A stretch of DNA of 36,208 bases from contig NW_014039867.1 in assembly GCF_001186125.1 (NCBI RefSeq), positions 1-36,208 on the forward strand, read 5' to 3'. The DNA is from Sphaeroforma arctica JP610 (taxonomy: Eukaryota). The notes beneath the pieces were generated by a model. That model was not told where the DNA came from. It saw only the letters and a list, made by a program, of their open reading frames with translations, and made no database searches. This document shows positions 1 through 11,296 of the stretch, in pieces (the first letter of the stretch is position 1; the number at the start of each line of letters is the position of its first letter). Both the position numbers and the translations under genes were made by a program.

Positions 1-25
1 GTGTGTGTGTGTGTGTGTGTATGTC

Positions 26-95
<70 letters not shown>

Positions 96-106
96 ATATA
101 TATATG
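1..106. repeat. (TG)n/(TA)n/(TATG)n microsatellite, probably intronic in the minus-strand gene
   Basis: Direct reading of simple repeats. Confidence 0.9.
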
Positions 107-452
107 AGGCGTAAACAACTATATTTATAGATGTGTGGAGCTAGCACAGTCATCTCGGCGTTCTATAAAATGCTAATATGATGGTTGGACTCAAACTTGT
201 ACAAAGTTATGTACATATGCTGGATAAGAATTAATCGAAAAACTAGAAGATACTTTGAAACAATGAACATACCACACACTAAACAAGCATTGTTATTCAA
301 AATCTACACAGCGTTCTTCAAAGTATGTACAAATACCTCGTACTTCACCTATGTATGTACCGCAATTTAAAATTCAAGCCCTTACATAGCATATAGCATA
401 TAGAATATAAGACAACACATATATATACATATATATACATATATATATATAC

Positions 453-903
453 CCTCGTCGTCGCTCTCATCTACCGGCATAGGTACGCCCTTGATCTCTT
501 TGGCCCTAGCTTTGGCTTTCCTTTCCCTTTGACTCTCTTTCTTAATGAAGCTGCCGTGCACCTCGGTTTCATACACAGGCAAACTATCGTCTACTTTAAC
601 ATTGGTTGGGATATTCTTAGTACCATTTGCTTTCCTAGAAGCTGTTTTGCGTTGCTTGTTGTTCATATTACCGCTATGTGCGACCTCCTCTATAAGCGTG
701 TCCACGTCTCGATTGAACTCACTGTTTGCGCCTGTTTTCTTCTTTTTCCGTTTCTTCTTAGCTGTATTCTCAGATGCGGACGTATCCTCAGCAGATGATG
801 ATAATAGTGATAATAAGTAGCCTTTAGGAAGGTTTATGTACACCACTGCAGCAACCACGACTACTACGCCAAGTGTAGTGGCATCTATCTCAATAAACGC
901 CAT
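453..903 (-). CDS. First coding exon of an uncharacterised protein with an N-terminal hydrophobic (TM/signal-anchor) segment followed by Lys-rich and acidic low-complexity sequence; gene continues beyond the window start
   Basis: ATG at 903-901 gives MAFIEIDATTLGVVVVVAAVVYINLP...KKKRKKKK...DESDDE. A GT donor at 452-451 leads directly into a (TA)n intron microsatellite. Confidence 0.7.
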
Positions 904-1718
904 AATGCTAGGTATTTCAGTTATATCAATAGTAGCTCTGAGGTGTCGACGTTTAGATGTGTATTTGAGTGGGTAGAGTGTAGTATAGGATACTATGACA
1001 CCATACACACAGTCGTATGTTAGCCAAATAGAGCCGTATATGTGTCCCTGATGATGGTCTGCTTATCTATCTAGATCATAGCTGTTTCATTTAGGTCATG
1101 TCTAGATATATCAGCATCAATCGGTGAGCTCACTGAAATACACAAGAGAAGGAATCTCTCTTTATTTATTATTATTATATAGTTAGATATATATATAGTT
1201 AGATATATATGCATAATATGTATGTAAAAACAATAATATTTTTTTTACAAAGGGGGACATAAAAAGCCTCGTTCTTTTCATGTTTTTAAACCAGCCGTTT
1301 CATACACTAAAATATATAAAACGGGCCCCCCAACATTGAAAATTGGGCGCGGTATTTTCAATATCTATTTTTAGATTTGTACGGATGAGTAACAAGTGAC
1401 AATAACTGATGACAGTGATGAGTGATGTGAATATTATTGACTATTGACTATTGATGAGTGCAACTGCGAGTACAGTTCGGTGAATGAAACTCAGAAACTG
1501 GTGACTGACTGACTGGGTGTCGGTGAGTGGAGCAATCACTGGGTGCAATTTTTATATTTCACTGTCACACGCTCTGTATAAAATAGATAACACACGTTAG
1601 TCTGTATTTAGTATTATACACCGAATGCAAGTATTTATAGTATGATATCAGTAAACACTAGTCAGAGTCTTTCGTGTGCTGATATATCAGAAGTATATAT
1701 CAGTGTATAGCATATTAT

Positions 1719-1724
<6 letters not shown>

Positions 1725-1780
<56 letters not shown>
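1725..1780. repeat. (TA)n microsatellite in the intergenic region
   Basis: Direct reading. Confidence 0.9.
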
Positions 1781-1785
<5 letters not shown>

Positions 1786-2038
1786 ATTACATGTACGCGC
1801 GAGACTCTATAGAGCACATAACCTTGTCAAGTCTGTATGCTACACTTTTTAAATATCATAAGAGTACAACATAGCTCACACGCAAATATAATCGTCATAC
1901 AGCACATACAATATAAGATCGCGCACAGTAGAGCGCCAAACCAGTCTCCAACTGGTACATTTATACTTTGAATAATATAACCCTATTTATAGATACATAC
2001 CTCCTCTTCAATTATAGTATTACACCACTCACAACAAA

Positions 2039-2167
2039 ATGCCCAGCTCACTATTGGACGCAGTAATTAAAGGCGACATAGCGTCGATGAAAACATTTAT
2101 AGATGATGGCGAAGATGTCAATCTGGCAGACCATTTCAACCGCACTTATGTGCACTGGGCGTCTCAG
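2039..2167 (+). CDS. Ankyrin-repeat protein, exon 1
   Basis: MPSSLLDAVIKGDIASMKTFIDDGEDVNLADHFNRTYVHWASQ has the ankyrin pattern. Donor CAG|GTATGT at 2168, phase 0. Confidence 0.85.
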
Positions 2168-2230
2168 GTATGTAGGTCGAGAAAACCTTTCGCAAATTTG
2201 ATGTATATAAGTAATCCATTAACGCTCATT

Positions 2231-2283
<53 letters not shown>

Positions 2284-2382
2284 TATGTGTGTGTAAGTGT
2301 CTGTGTATGTGTGTGTGCGCGTGAGTGGGTGTGTGCGTAGGTGGGTATTTATATATATATATACATATAAATGTATATATTC

Positions 2383-2413
<31 letters not shown>

Positions 2414-2450
2414 TTGTCCGTTTCTGTCTGTGTGTGACTGTGTGTGTACG

Positions 2451-2485
<35 letters not shown>

Positions 2486-2993
2486 NNNNNNNNNNNNNNN
2501 NNNNNNNNNNNNNNNNNNNNNNNNNNNNNNNNNNNNNNNNNNNNNNNNNNNNNNNNNNNNNNNNNNNNNNNNNNNNNNNNNNNNNNNNNNNNNNNNNNNN
2601 NNNNNNNNNNNNNNNNNNNNNNNNNNNNNNNNNNNNNNNNNNNNNNNNNNNNNNNNNNNNNNNNNNNNNNNNNNNNNNNNNNNNNNNNNNNNNNNNNNNN
2701 NNNNNNNNNNNNNNNNNNNNNNNNNNNNNNNNNNNNNNNNNNNNNNNNNNNNNNNNNNNNNNNNNNNNNNNNNNNNNNNNNNNNNNNNNNNNNNNNNNNN
2801 NNNNNNNNNNNNNNNNNNNNNNNNNNNNNNNNNNNNNNNNNNNNNNNNNNNNNNNNNNNNNNNNNNNNNNNNNNNNNNNNNNNNNNNNNNNNNNNNNNNN
2901 NNNNNNNNNNNNNNNNNNNNNNNNNNNNNNNNNNNNNNNNNNNNNNNNNNNNNNNNNNNNNNNNNNNNNNNNNNNNNNNNNNNNNNNNNNNNN
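2486..2993. other. Assembly gap within the microsatellite-rich intron 1
   Basis: N run flanked by (TG)n/(TA)n. Confidence 0.99.
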
Positions 2994-3015
2994 TGTATGT
3001 ATGTATGTATGTATG

Positions 3016-3048
<33 letters not shown>

Positions 3049-3260
3049 GTTTGTGTGGGTGGGAGGGTGAGAGTTTGTTTGTGTACGTGTGCGTGTGTGT
3101 GGGTATGTGTGCACATTTTCGCACATACACACACATATATATATATATATATATAAATATGTATATGTATATATATTTATATATATTTGCGTATATATAT
3201 ATATGTGTGTGTGTGTATGTGTGTGTGTATGTGTGCACATATATATATTCGTATATATAG

Positions 3261-3306
<46 letters not shown>

Positions 3307-3849
3307 TGTATGCATATGTATATATATATTTTTATATATATGCAAATGCATTTTAATGTCAAGAGGAACGTCCATTGACTGATTCGGACCTCTATGAACG
3401 GCAAGCGAGTATTATCCGCTATCTCATTGACACGAGAAAGGAAATTGACTTATCTTATTGCAAGCTGCACTTATCACTGAGCGTGTAAACCGAGAAAATA
3501 CTGAACCAAGCTGTATTAAGCAGCTTTGAAATGCTAAAGCCGAGGTTGAATTATGATATGAAGTATGTTTATATAGACAGTGCCATATGTCAGCAAGTGT
3601 GTTTGAACACTACTTTCGGTAGCGAGTTTGATTACATGCTGTATCGAATGGAAGCTCACTTGTGTACACAAATAAAAATATCGACGGAGTTCACATTGTT
3701 GTTGTTTCCCGCGTATATATTCAGAGGTACTAAAGAGATATGGTACGAGGGCTTGTACATGGCGTTGGCTGTATTCATTTGTATCTGACCGGAGCCGCCG
3801 GCAGCAAACAGAGCTATGATCTCATAGTGTTTCATGCTCACGCGTTCAG

Positions 3850-4119
3850 GGAGGCAATAAAGAGGTGGTTGATATTTTGATCAAAGCTGGAGCCGTTTTC
3901 GATATCCGCACCAATTCGGGTGTGTCGCCGTTGCACAATTCCCTGTACTGTGGCAACCATTCCGTGACCAAACTTCTGCTGGAATCTGGGGCCTCGCTAG
4001 ACAAACCTGAATTACCGTTCGACCAAATGGCACTACATTGGGCGGCTCGGAGTGGCAATATAGAGGTTGCGCAGATATTGTGTGAAAAGGCGGGCGCTGA
4101 CCCGAGCCGATTAGACAAG
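3850..4119 (+). CDS. Ankyrin-repeat protein, exon 2
   Basis: Acceptor TTCAG| at 3849. GGNKEVVDILIKAGA...SPLHNSLYCGNHSVTKLLLESGAS...ALHWAARSGNIEVAQILCEKAGADPSRLDK are canonical ankyrin repeats. Donor AAG|GTACC at 4120. Confidence 0.9.
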
Positions 4120-4375
4120 GTACCGACGATTGTTTAGTTTTAGCTCATCACATATATGGAATACATCAGATCTACGTAGTATGTCAAGCACTAACGCTAT
4201 TCGGATATAGAGGTATATATATATGTGTGTGTGTGTATATCTATATATATTTATATATCTATATATATTTGTATATATTTGTGTTTGTATATATTTATAT
4301 TTGTATATTATATATATATATATATATATTTATATTTGTATATATATATGTATATGTATATATTTATATATATGT

Positions 4376-4395
4376 NNNNNNNNNNNNNNNNNNNN
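4376..4395. other. Assembly gap (20 N)
   Basis: N run. Confidence 0.99.
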
Positions 4396-4737
4396 GCTCG
4401 GAATCACACTGCGCAAGGCGATGTTTCTTGTTCAGCGTGTCGTATTTTGGTGGTGAAAATCATTAGCTTGATTAGACCTTTCATGCCACACATTTATTGT
4501 CCGATCATCTTCTCTCAACTCATTTACGATCGATCGCGAGAGGGAAAATATCATCTCGTGTCTATACGCATTGTGCAATATCCGGGCATTTGTCGACACT
4601 GTGGTATCCCGCCAGGGTGTACGTTCTCTGTGTATTAGACGGTTTCACTCTCGGATTAAAATCGTATACACAGATTAAAGTTCAATATCATAGCGTATGT
4701 CTCTTATGTTTGTTTGTGCTCGATTATTCCATTGTAG

Positions 4738-4821
4738 GCAGGGCACAGTTGCGGAGACGTGGCTAGGAGGCATGGGCACCGACGGCTCGCCATCGTGCTT
4801 GATAGGCTCAGAGGAGTAGAT
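4738..4821 (+). CDS. Ankyrin-repeat protein, exon 3
   Basis: TGTAG| acceptor. AGHSCGDVARRHGHRRLAIVLDRLRGVD completes the last ankyrin repeat in phase 0. Donor GTATGT at 4822. Confidence 0.75.
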
Positions 4822-5173
4822 GTATGTGAACATATGAAACAATGTCTACCCAGTGTCGACTCAGCGCTCTATGCAGCACTGTGTCGGTGGAAATGTCGTA
4901 TGTGTGACACTGTCGCACGTACCGTTAGAGCGTCGTGTACTATCTGTCACATTTAAGTGTGTGATGGCGTCGCGTGCGTAGTGCCCACATTTGGGTCTGT
5001 GTCTCTGCCCGTCTCCTGGTGTATTCTTTAGTTTCTGTTAAGCCGAGGGTCTCGATATAAGCTACTTCCATTTTTTTAACTTCCTAGGGTATTCAGTTGT
5101 GTGTCAGTGTATCTGATGTGTATATGGGGTGTGTTTTGCCCTTATCTGTCAAGTATCAAACTGAAACTAAGTG

Positions 5174-5213
<40 letters not shown>

Positions 5214-5521
5214 ATATGTGTATATGTGTATATATGTATATATGTATACATATGTATATATATATAGCTCCTTAGAAACTTCCTTCATGTAGATGTTGAA
5301 TGCACATAACTTGTGAATTTAATCACTTCTGTGAGTCTAGCATTATGAATCTATCATACACTCATACTCATCTACGAACAGATAGAATCAGAATATGGAT
5401 TGAACACCTTATACACCTTATATACTATCTTATATGCTTCCAAATATATTGTGGGATGAGCTTACGTCCCATAAGGTTAAATCATAACGTGTACGTCTGG
5501 TCAACAATTGTCTCTTAACAG

Positions 5522-5703
5522 GTCAAGTCAGACGCCGAGGACGAAGACGAGAAGTCAACAAGCAGCAACATCAAACAAGAAACTACCGGCGAACACCCAA
5601 GTGTTCAAAGCAGTTCACAGACACATACAAGCACAAGCACACTCACAGCCAACGAGCATACAGAAGCGCCTGAAAGGAAAGAACGCCCATCGCAGAAAAA
5701 GAG
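5522..5703 (+). CDS. Ankyrin-repeat protein, exon 4 (acidic/Ser-Thr low complexity)
   Basis: AACAG| acceptor. VKSDAEDEDEKSTSSNIKQETTGEHP...ERPSQKK(R) is open. Donor AG|GTCAGT at 5704 is phase 2 and matches the next exon. Confidence 0.7.
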
Positions 5704-5759
5704 GTCAGTGGGATGCTTCGTACATGTATATATATCTAAGAGAGCTACGGGGGGCAATG

Positions 5760-5793
<34 letters not shown>

Positions 5794-6304
5794 TGGTAGG
5801 GGGGGGGGCGCATGGATGGCAATCTGGGCATTCTCAATTCAGAATGCCGTATCAAGACTCGCTTGCCAGACGTGTGTATCAGCACTTTGATTGATAAGTT
5901 CATTCGAAGTATTTGCTTGTGCTTGTGATGGTCCAGCCACTTGTGCGAGTGAGCGTATTGTATATGGCAGGCCTGCGATCGACTTGTGTGTTCATATATC
6001 GTGATATACAAATTAAGTGCACTTGCCATGTTGGGTGGGTATGCACATATCACCACCTGTTACGAAGGCGTGCATTTGCGCAAAATCTACTTATCAAATC
6101 GAATTGATTGCAAGTGCACAACTACACGGCCGTGTGTGCGTAAATCAGTCCCACGACGACGACCACGCGTACGGGCATATGCATATAAGGAAGATTGCAC
6201 ACCAACTGCGAAGCATGCCAGTACTTACGGGCGGGCTCAGGTTGCTCGAAACAGACATGTGCACGAATTTATGGATGAGTTGTACTGTTAATCTTTAAAT
6301 TTAG

Positions 6305-6662
6305 GTCTACCAAACGCCGCGGAGATGATAGCGACGATATGCCTAATAGTAAGGCCAAGAAAAAACCCAAGGCAGTACGAAAACCCAAGGCAGCGGGCAA
6401 CAAGGGACGGCATTCGCCTGAGAAGCCCGGGGGTGGCAGATCAACGGGGCCCAACAACGGGTTAAACCGCAAACGGTCACGAGTGAGACCTCGGGACGGC
6501 CATAGCGCGTCCAGAAAATCAAGCACGATGAGTGGTGAGGAAATAAGGGAGAAGAAAAAGAAACCACCCGCCGTATCGTTTAATTACGACAGCCTATTCG
6601 GCGGTGATGGAGGGAATAGTGAAGCGTCTATGACTATGAAGATACCCAAGCGCAAGATATGA
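6305..6662 (+). CDS. Ankyrin-repeat protein, exon 5 (basic, Lys/Arg-rich C-terminus)
   Basis: TTTAG| acceptor at 6304. The phase-2 join gives (R)STKRRGDDSDDMPNSKAKKKPK...MKIPKRKI, stop TGA at 6660-6662. Confidence 0.7.
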
Positions 6663-6744
6663 CATATCTTGCAGTGGTTTGGCCTGGTGCAGAAATAAAT
6701 ATACTCGCGCGGTCAACGGTTCGGGGTTCGTGTTTATATATACA

Positions 6745-9700
6745 TTTGTGCTAAAGTGATCGATCTCTTTACTGGACAGTTACTTAATAATAATATTGTG
6801 CTAAATTGATCGATCTCATCAATGAATACATACTTTGTTAAAGCTATTGTGCGAAATTGATCGATCTCTTTACTAGACAGTTACTTAATAATAATAATGT
6901 GCGAAATTGATCGATCTCATCAATGAATACATACTTTGTTAAGCTATTGTGCTTGATTGATCGATCTCATTTTAATGGACACATACTCTATTAGAGCTAT
7001 TGTGCTAGAGTATTCGATTTATGCAACAGACAGCTGCTTCAATTAAATACTTTTGTACTAAAACAGTTGATCTTTATAATGGACAGATACTTTTTTTAAT
7101 AAAAGGCAAGCTACTTTGATAACATTATTATACTAAAGGAATCAGACACATTATTATCAAAAGCCACTTTATTCGTTCTATTGTGCAGAAGTAATAGATC
7201 TCTATTGTGCAGAAGTGATGGATCTCTTTAAAAACTAATGGCTACGGTATTAGTATTATTGCGCTAAAATAGTTGTTCACTTTGATGATTAGCTACTTTA
7301 TTAATTATATTGAGCTAAAGTAATCGAACTCTTTAACAGACGGATAATACAATTGTGACAAGTACGATTTAATGACAATAATGTGATAAAGTAATCGATC
7401 TCTTTAACAAACCGATACTTAAATAATACTATAGTGCTAAAGCAATCGATCTATTTAATTGAAAGATACTTAAATAATACAATTGTGTTAAAGCAATCGA
7501 TCTCTTTAAAATACTTCAATAATACTATCATGTTAATGCAATCGCTCTTTAATGGATAGTTAAAGTAATCGAACACTTTAATGGACAGCAACTTTATTAA
7601 TTCTGTTGTGCTAAAGTACTTGCTCTCTTTAATGGACAACTACTTTGTCAAAGCTATTGAGCTAAAGTAATCAATCACTTAATGAACAGATACTATAATA
7701 AAGCTATTGTGATAAAGAATTCGATTTCTCTATAGATCAGCTACTATATTAATTCTATTGTGCTAAAGCAATCGATCTCTTTAAAGGCCATCTACTCCGT
7801 TAACATTCATATGCTAAAGTAATCATCTATACCGATAATTTTATTGTGCTAAAGCAATCGAGATCTATAATGGACAGATACCATATCATTGCTATTGTGC
7901 TAGAGTAATCGACCTCGTTAAACTGGACAAATACTTTGTCAAAGCTATTGAGCTAAAGTAATTGATCTCTTTAATGATCAGGAACTTTGTTAATTCGTTT
8001 GCGCTAGCTGTTGATCTCTTCGATGGACAAAGAATTAGTCAAAGCTATTGAGCTAAAGTAATCGATCTCTATACTACTTCATTGGTACTATTGTGTCAAT
8101 ATAATCGATCTCAAAAATAAACAGATTCTTTGTGAAGGCAATTGTGTGGTTAAGTAATAGAACTCTATAGTGGGTAGATACTATATTTATTATATTGTGC
8201 TAAAGTAATCGATCTCTTGAATAGACAGATACCATATTAAAGCTATTGTGCGAAAGTAATCATTCTGTTCACTGAAGAGCTATTTTAATAATCATATTGT
8301 GCTAAAGTACTCGATTTCTTTAATAGTCAGGTCCTATATTAAAAGCTACTATGTTAGAGTAATCGATTTCTTCAATGGGCAGCTACTTTAATGATACTTT
8401 TGCGCTATAGTTATTTATCTCTCTAATGGACAGTTATTTCATTAAGGCTATTGTGGTTGAGTAATCAATCTCTTCATTGTGCATCTACTTTGAAAATCAC
8501 ATCGTGCTAAAGCGATATATCTCTATAATCAACAGATATTATATCAATGTTATTGCGATAAAGTAATCGATATCTTTAATGGGCATATACTTAGTCAAAG
8601 CTATTACGCTAAAGTAACCAGGGTTTTTTTACTGGTCAGATACTTTTGTGATACAAATAGTGCTAAAGCATTAAATCTCCCTAATGGACAGATGTTTTAT
8701 TAGGAAAAATTATTGTGCTAGAATAATCCATCGTTTTAATAACTGCATACTTCATTCAAGCTATTGTGTTAAAGTAATCGATCTCAATAACGGATAGATA
8801 CTTTAATAAAGCTATTGTGGTAGAGTTATCGGCCTCTTTAATGAAGGACTACTTTGATATCTCTACTGTGGTGAAGCAATCCATCTCCACAATGGACATT
8901 AATTAAAGGTATTGTTCTAGAGTGTTCGATCTCTTCAATAGACAAGTACTTTAGAAGTATTAGATCTATTTAACGGACAGTTACATGTAAAATACTATTG
9001 TACTTAAGTAATCGATATTCTTATTAAACAGCTACTTTATCAATGCTATTTTGCTAAAGTAATCGATACGTTGAGTGATCAGCTACTTGGCGAAAAAAAC
9101 AATTGTGCTGAAGTATTCGATTCCTACAACGAACACAGACTTTTCGGAAGCTATTGTGCTAAAGTAATCGATCTTTTCAATGGCCAGCTTTTATATTACC
9201 ATCGTGCTAAAGTATTAGACCACTATAATGGACAAACCCAATAAACCCTAATATTCCAAAGTAATCGATATATTCAATGATCAGCTAGATTAAAAATACA
9301 AGTTTGCTTAAGTATTCGATCTCTATGACGGAAATTTACTTTGTAAGTGTGCTTAAGTATAACGGGCATCTACTTTATTATGGCTATTGAGCTAAAGAAA
9401 TCGATATCTTTATTGGTCAGCTACTTTCATAATACTATTGGATAATAAGTATTGGATCTCTATAATGGACTGCTAATTTATTGATACCAATGCACTAAAA
9501 AATTCGATATCTTTATTGGACGGCTAAGTACTTTATTAATACTGTTGTAATAAAGTGACAGCTAAGTACTTTATTAATACTAATGTAATAAAGTGTACGA
9601 TATCTTTAATGAACAGCTATTTTATCTATTATATTGTGCTAACGTAATCGATCTCTTTTTAATGGTCAGGTACTTGATTAAAGCTACTGCGCTAAAGTAC

Positions 9701-10932
9701 TCTATTTCTTGATTAACAGCTACTTATTAATGTTATTGTGCTGAAGTCATAAATCAAACTATTGGATCTCTAAGATGGACATCTACTTTATTAAAACTAT
9801 TTGATTTGAAGTTATTGATCCCTTTATCAACTACTTTCACAGTACTATAGAATAATACTATTTTGCTAAAGAGATCGATCTCTACAACAATGGGCAACTA
9901 CTTTAGGTGCCAAAGTAACCGGTCTCTATATAGGACACCTACTTTACTATTTTTATTGTCATAAAATAATATATCTCTTTAATGGTAAGCTACTGTCTTT
10001 CATAATACTATCTTTTCGTGGTCTCAGAAATTTGGGACCACGCGGCCAGGCTTTGTCAACCCGAAACCTTAAATTGTAAAACCTATTCCCTAGACTGAAT
10101 TCGGTATGGCCCAGGCCGGATCAAATTAATCTATTAAATGGACAGCTACTTTTAATAAGTTATATTGTGCTGAAGCAATTGATCTTTTTAATGGACAGAT
10201 ACATTAACAAAGCAATTGGTACACTAGAGTGATTGGTGTCATATGTGGACAATTACTTCAATAGTGCTAAAGTAGTCGATATATTTAATGGTCAGCTACT
10301 GTCGTATCGTTATTGTGCTAAAGAATTTGATCTCTATAGTGGACTGCTACTTCATTAATTTTATTGTGTTAAAACCCTATCAATTCTATTGTGTTAAAGT
10401 ATTTCATCACTTCAATGTTCATTTATTTTTTTAATACAATGGTGTTAAGTTACTCGATTTTTATATTAGGTATCTACTTGATTAATCCTAATACGCTATA
10501 GCAACCGATATCTTCAATGGTCAGCTACTTACATAATATTTTTGTCCTACAAGATTCGATCGTTAAAGGACAGCTACATGAGTAATACTATTGTGCAAAT
10601 GCAATCGATCTCTATAATAGGTATCTGCTTTTTATTTCTATTGTGCGAAAGCAATCTATCTCTTCAATAGACAGATTCTTTAATAAATCTTTTGAGTTAA
10701 AGTAATAGATCCTTCTTTCATAATACTTTTGTGCTAAAGTGATCGATTTCTTTAGTGGACAGCGATTTTCATAATTATATTGCGCTAATATAATCAATAT
10801 TGTTAATGAACAGATACTTCAACAAAACAATTGTTTTTAGAGTGATTGATGTCATCAATTGGCAGCTACTGTAATAACGCTAAAGTAATCAAACTCTTTA
10901 ATGAACAGATACTTTATTTCAAAGCTATTGAC
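6745..10932. repeat. Degenerate AT-rich tandem array (satellite/minisatellite), ~51-bp unit, roughly 80 copies
   Basis: Recurring unit, approximately GCTATTGTGCTAAAGTAATCGATCTCTTTAATGGACAGATACTTTATTAAA, seen throughout with many substitutions and indels. The copy number is estimated as length divided by unit size. Confidence 0.92.
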
Positions 10933-11179
10933 CATAGAAAAACTTTAATATTTCTACATACGTTCATGGAGAACTCTTAGTTGACTTTTAAGACCCCCTC
11001 GACTATGTCTACCACTCTTTTTTCACCGCCACCATGATCATCGTTCTTTTTCATCGCCCCAACGCTAATTTCCCCTACTTCCTATACCTAGCTGACACGC
11101 ATTCGTTGCAACGATCGCCAAGTCCAATTTCCTCCGTCACTATGACAATCGCTACACAACTGTCACCTCTTCATATGCT

Positions 11180-11296
11180 AACACTAATTTTCACCCTCTT
11201 TCTATACCGAACACTAATTCTCATCTCTTTTTATACCGGACACCAATTTTCACCTCTTTCTATACCGAACACTAGTATTCACCTCTTCCTACACCC
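11180..11296. repeat. ~29-30-bp tandem repeat, 4 copies
   Basis: AACACTAATTTTCACC(C)TCTTTCTATACCG-like units adjacent to each other. Confidence 0.8.

Noticed and set aside
904..1008. N-terminal extension of ORF 382-1008 from a GTG start, and its C-terminal IYIY tail
   Set aside because: This is a eukaryotic gene. The ATG at 903 directly precedes the hydrophobic segment, and the tail is intron microsatellite after the GT donor at 452.
2219..3404. Long ORFs of YI/HT/CV repeats, also at 4223-4638 and 29767-30330
   Set aside because: Artefacts of (TA)n/(TG)n microsatellites and N gaps.
5508..5894. 128-aa plus-strand ORF
   Set aside because: It is the wrong frame. Splice phases place exon 4 (5522-5703) in a different frame, and the rest is intron.
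6745..10932. CRISPR-like array (conserved core with variable intervals)
   Set aside because: The intervals are homologous to each other rather than unique spacers, the cores are degenerate, no cas genes are present and the context is eukaryotic.
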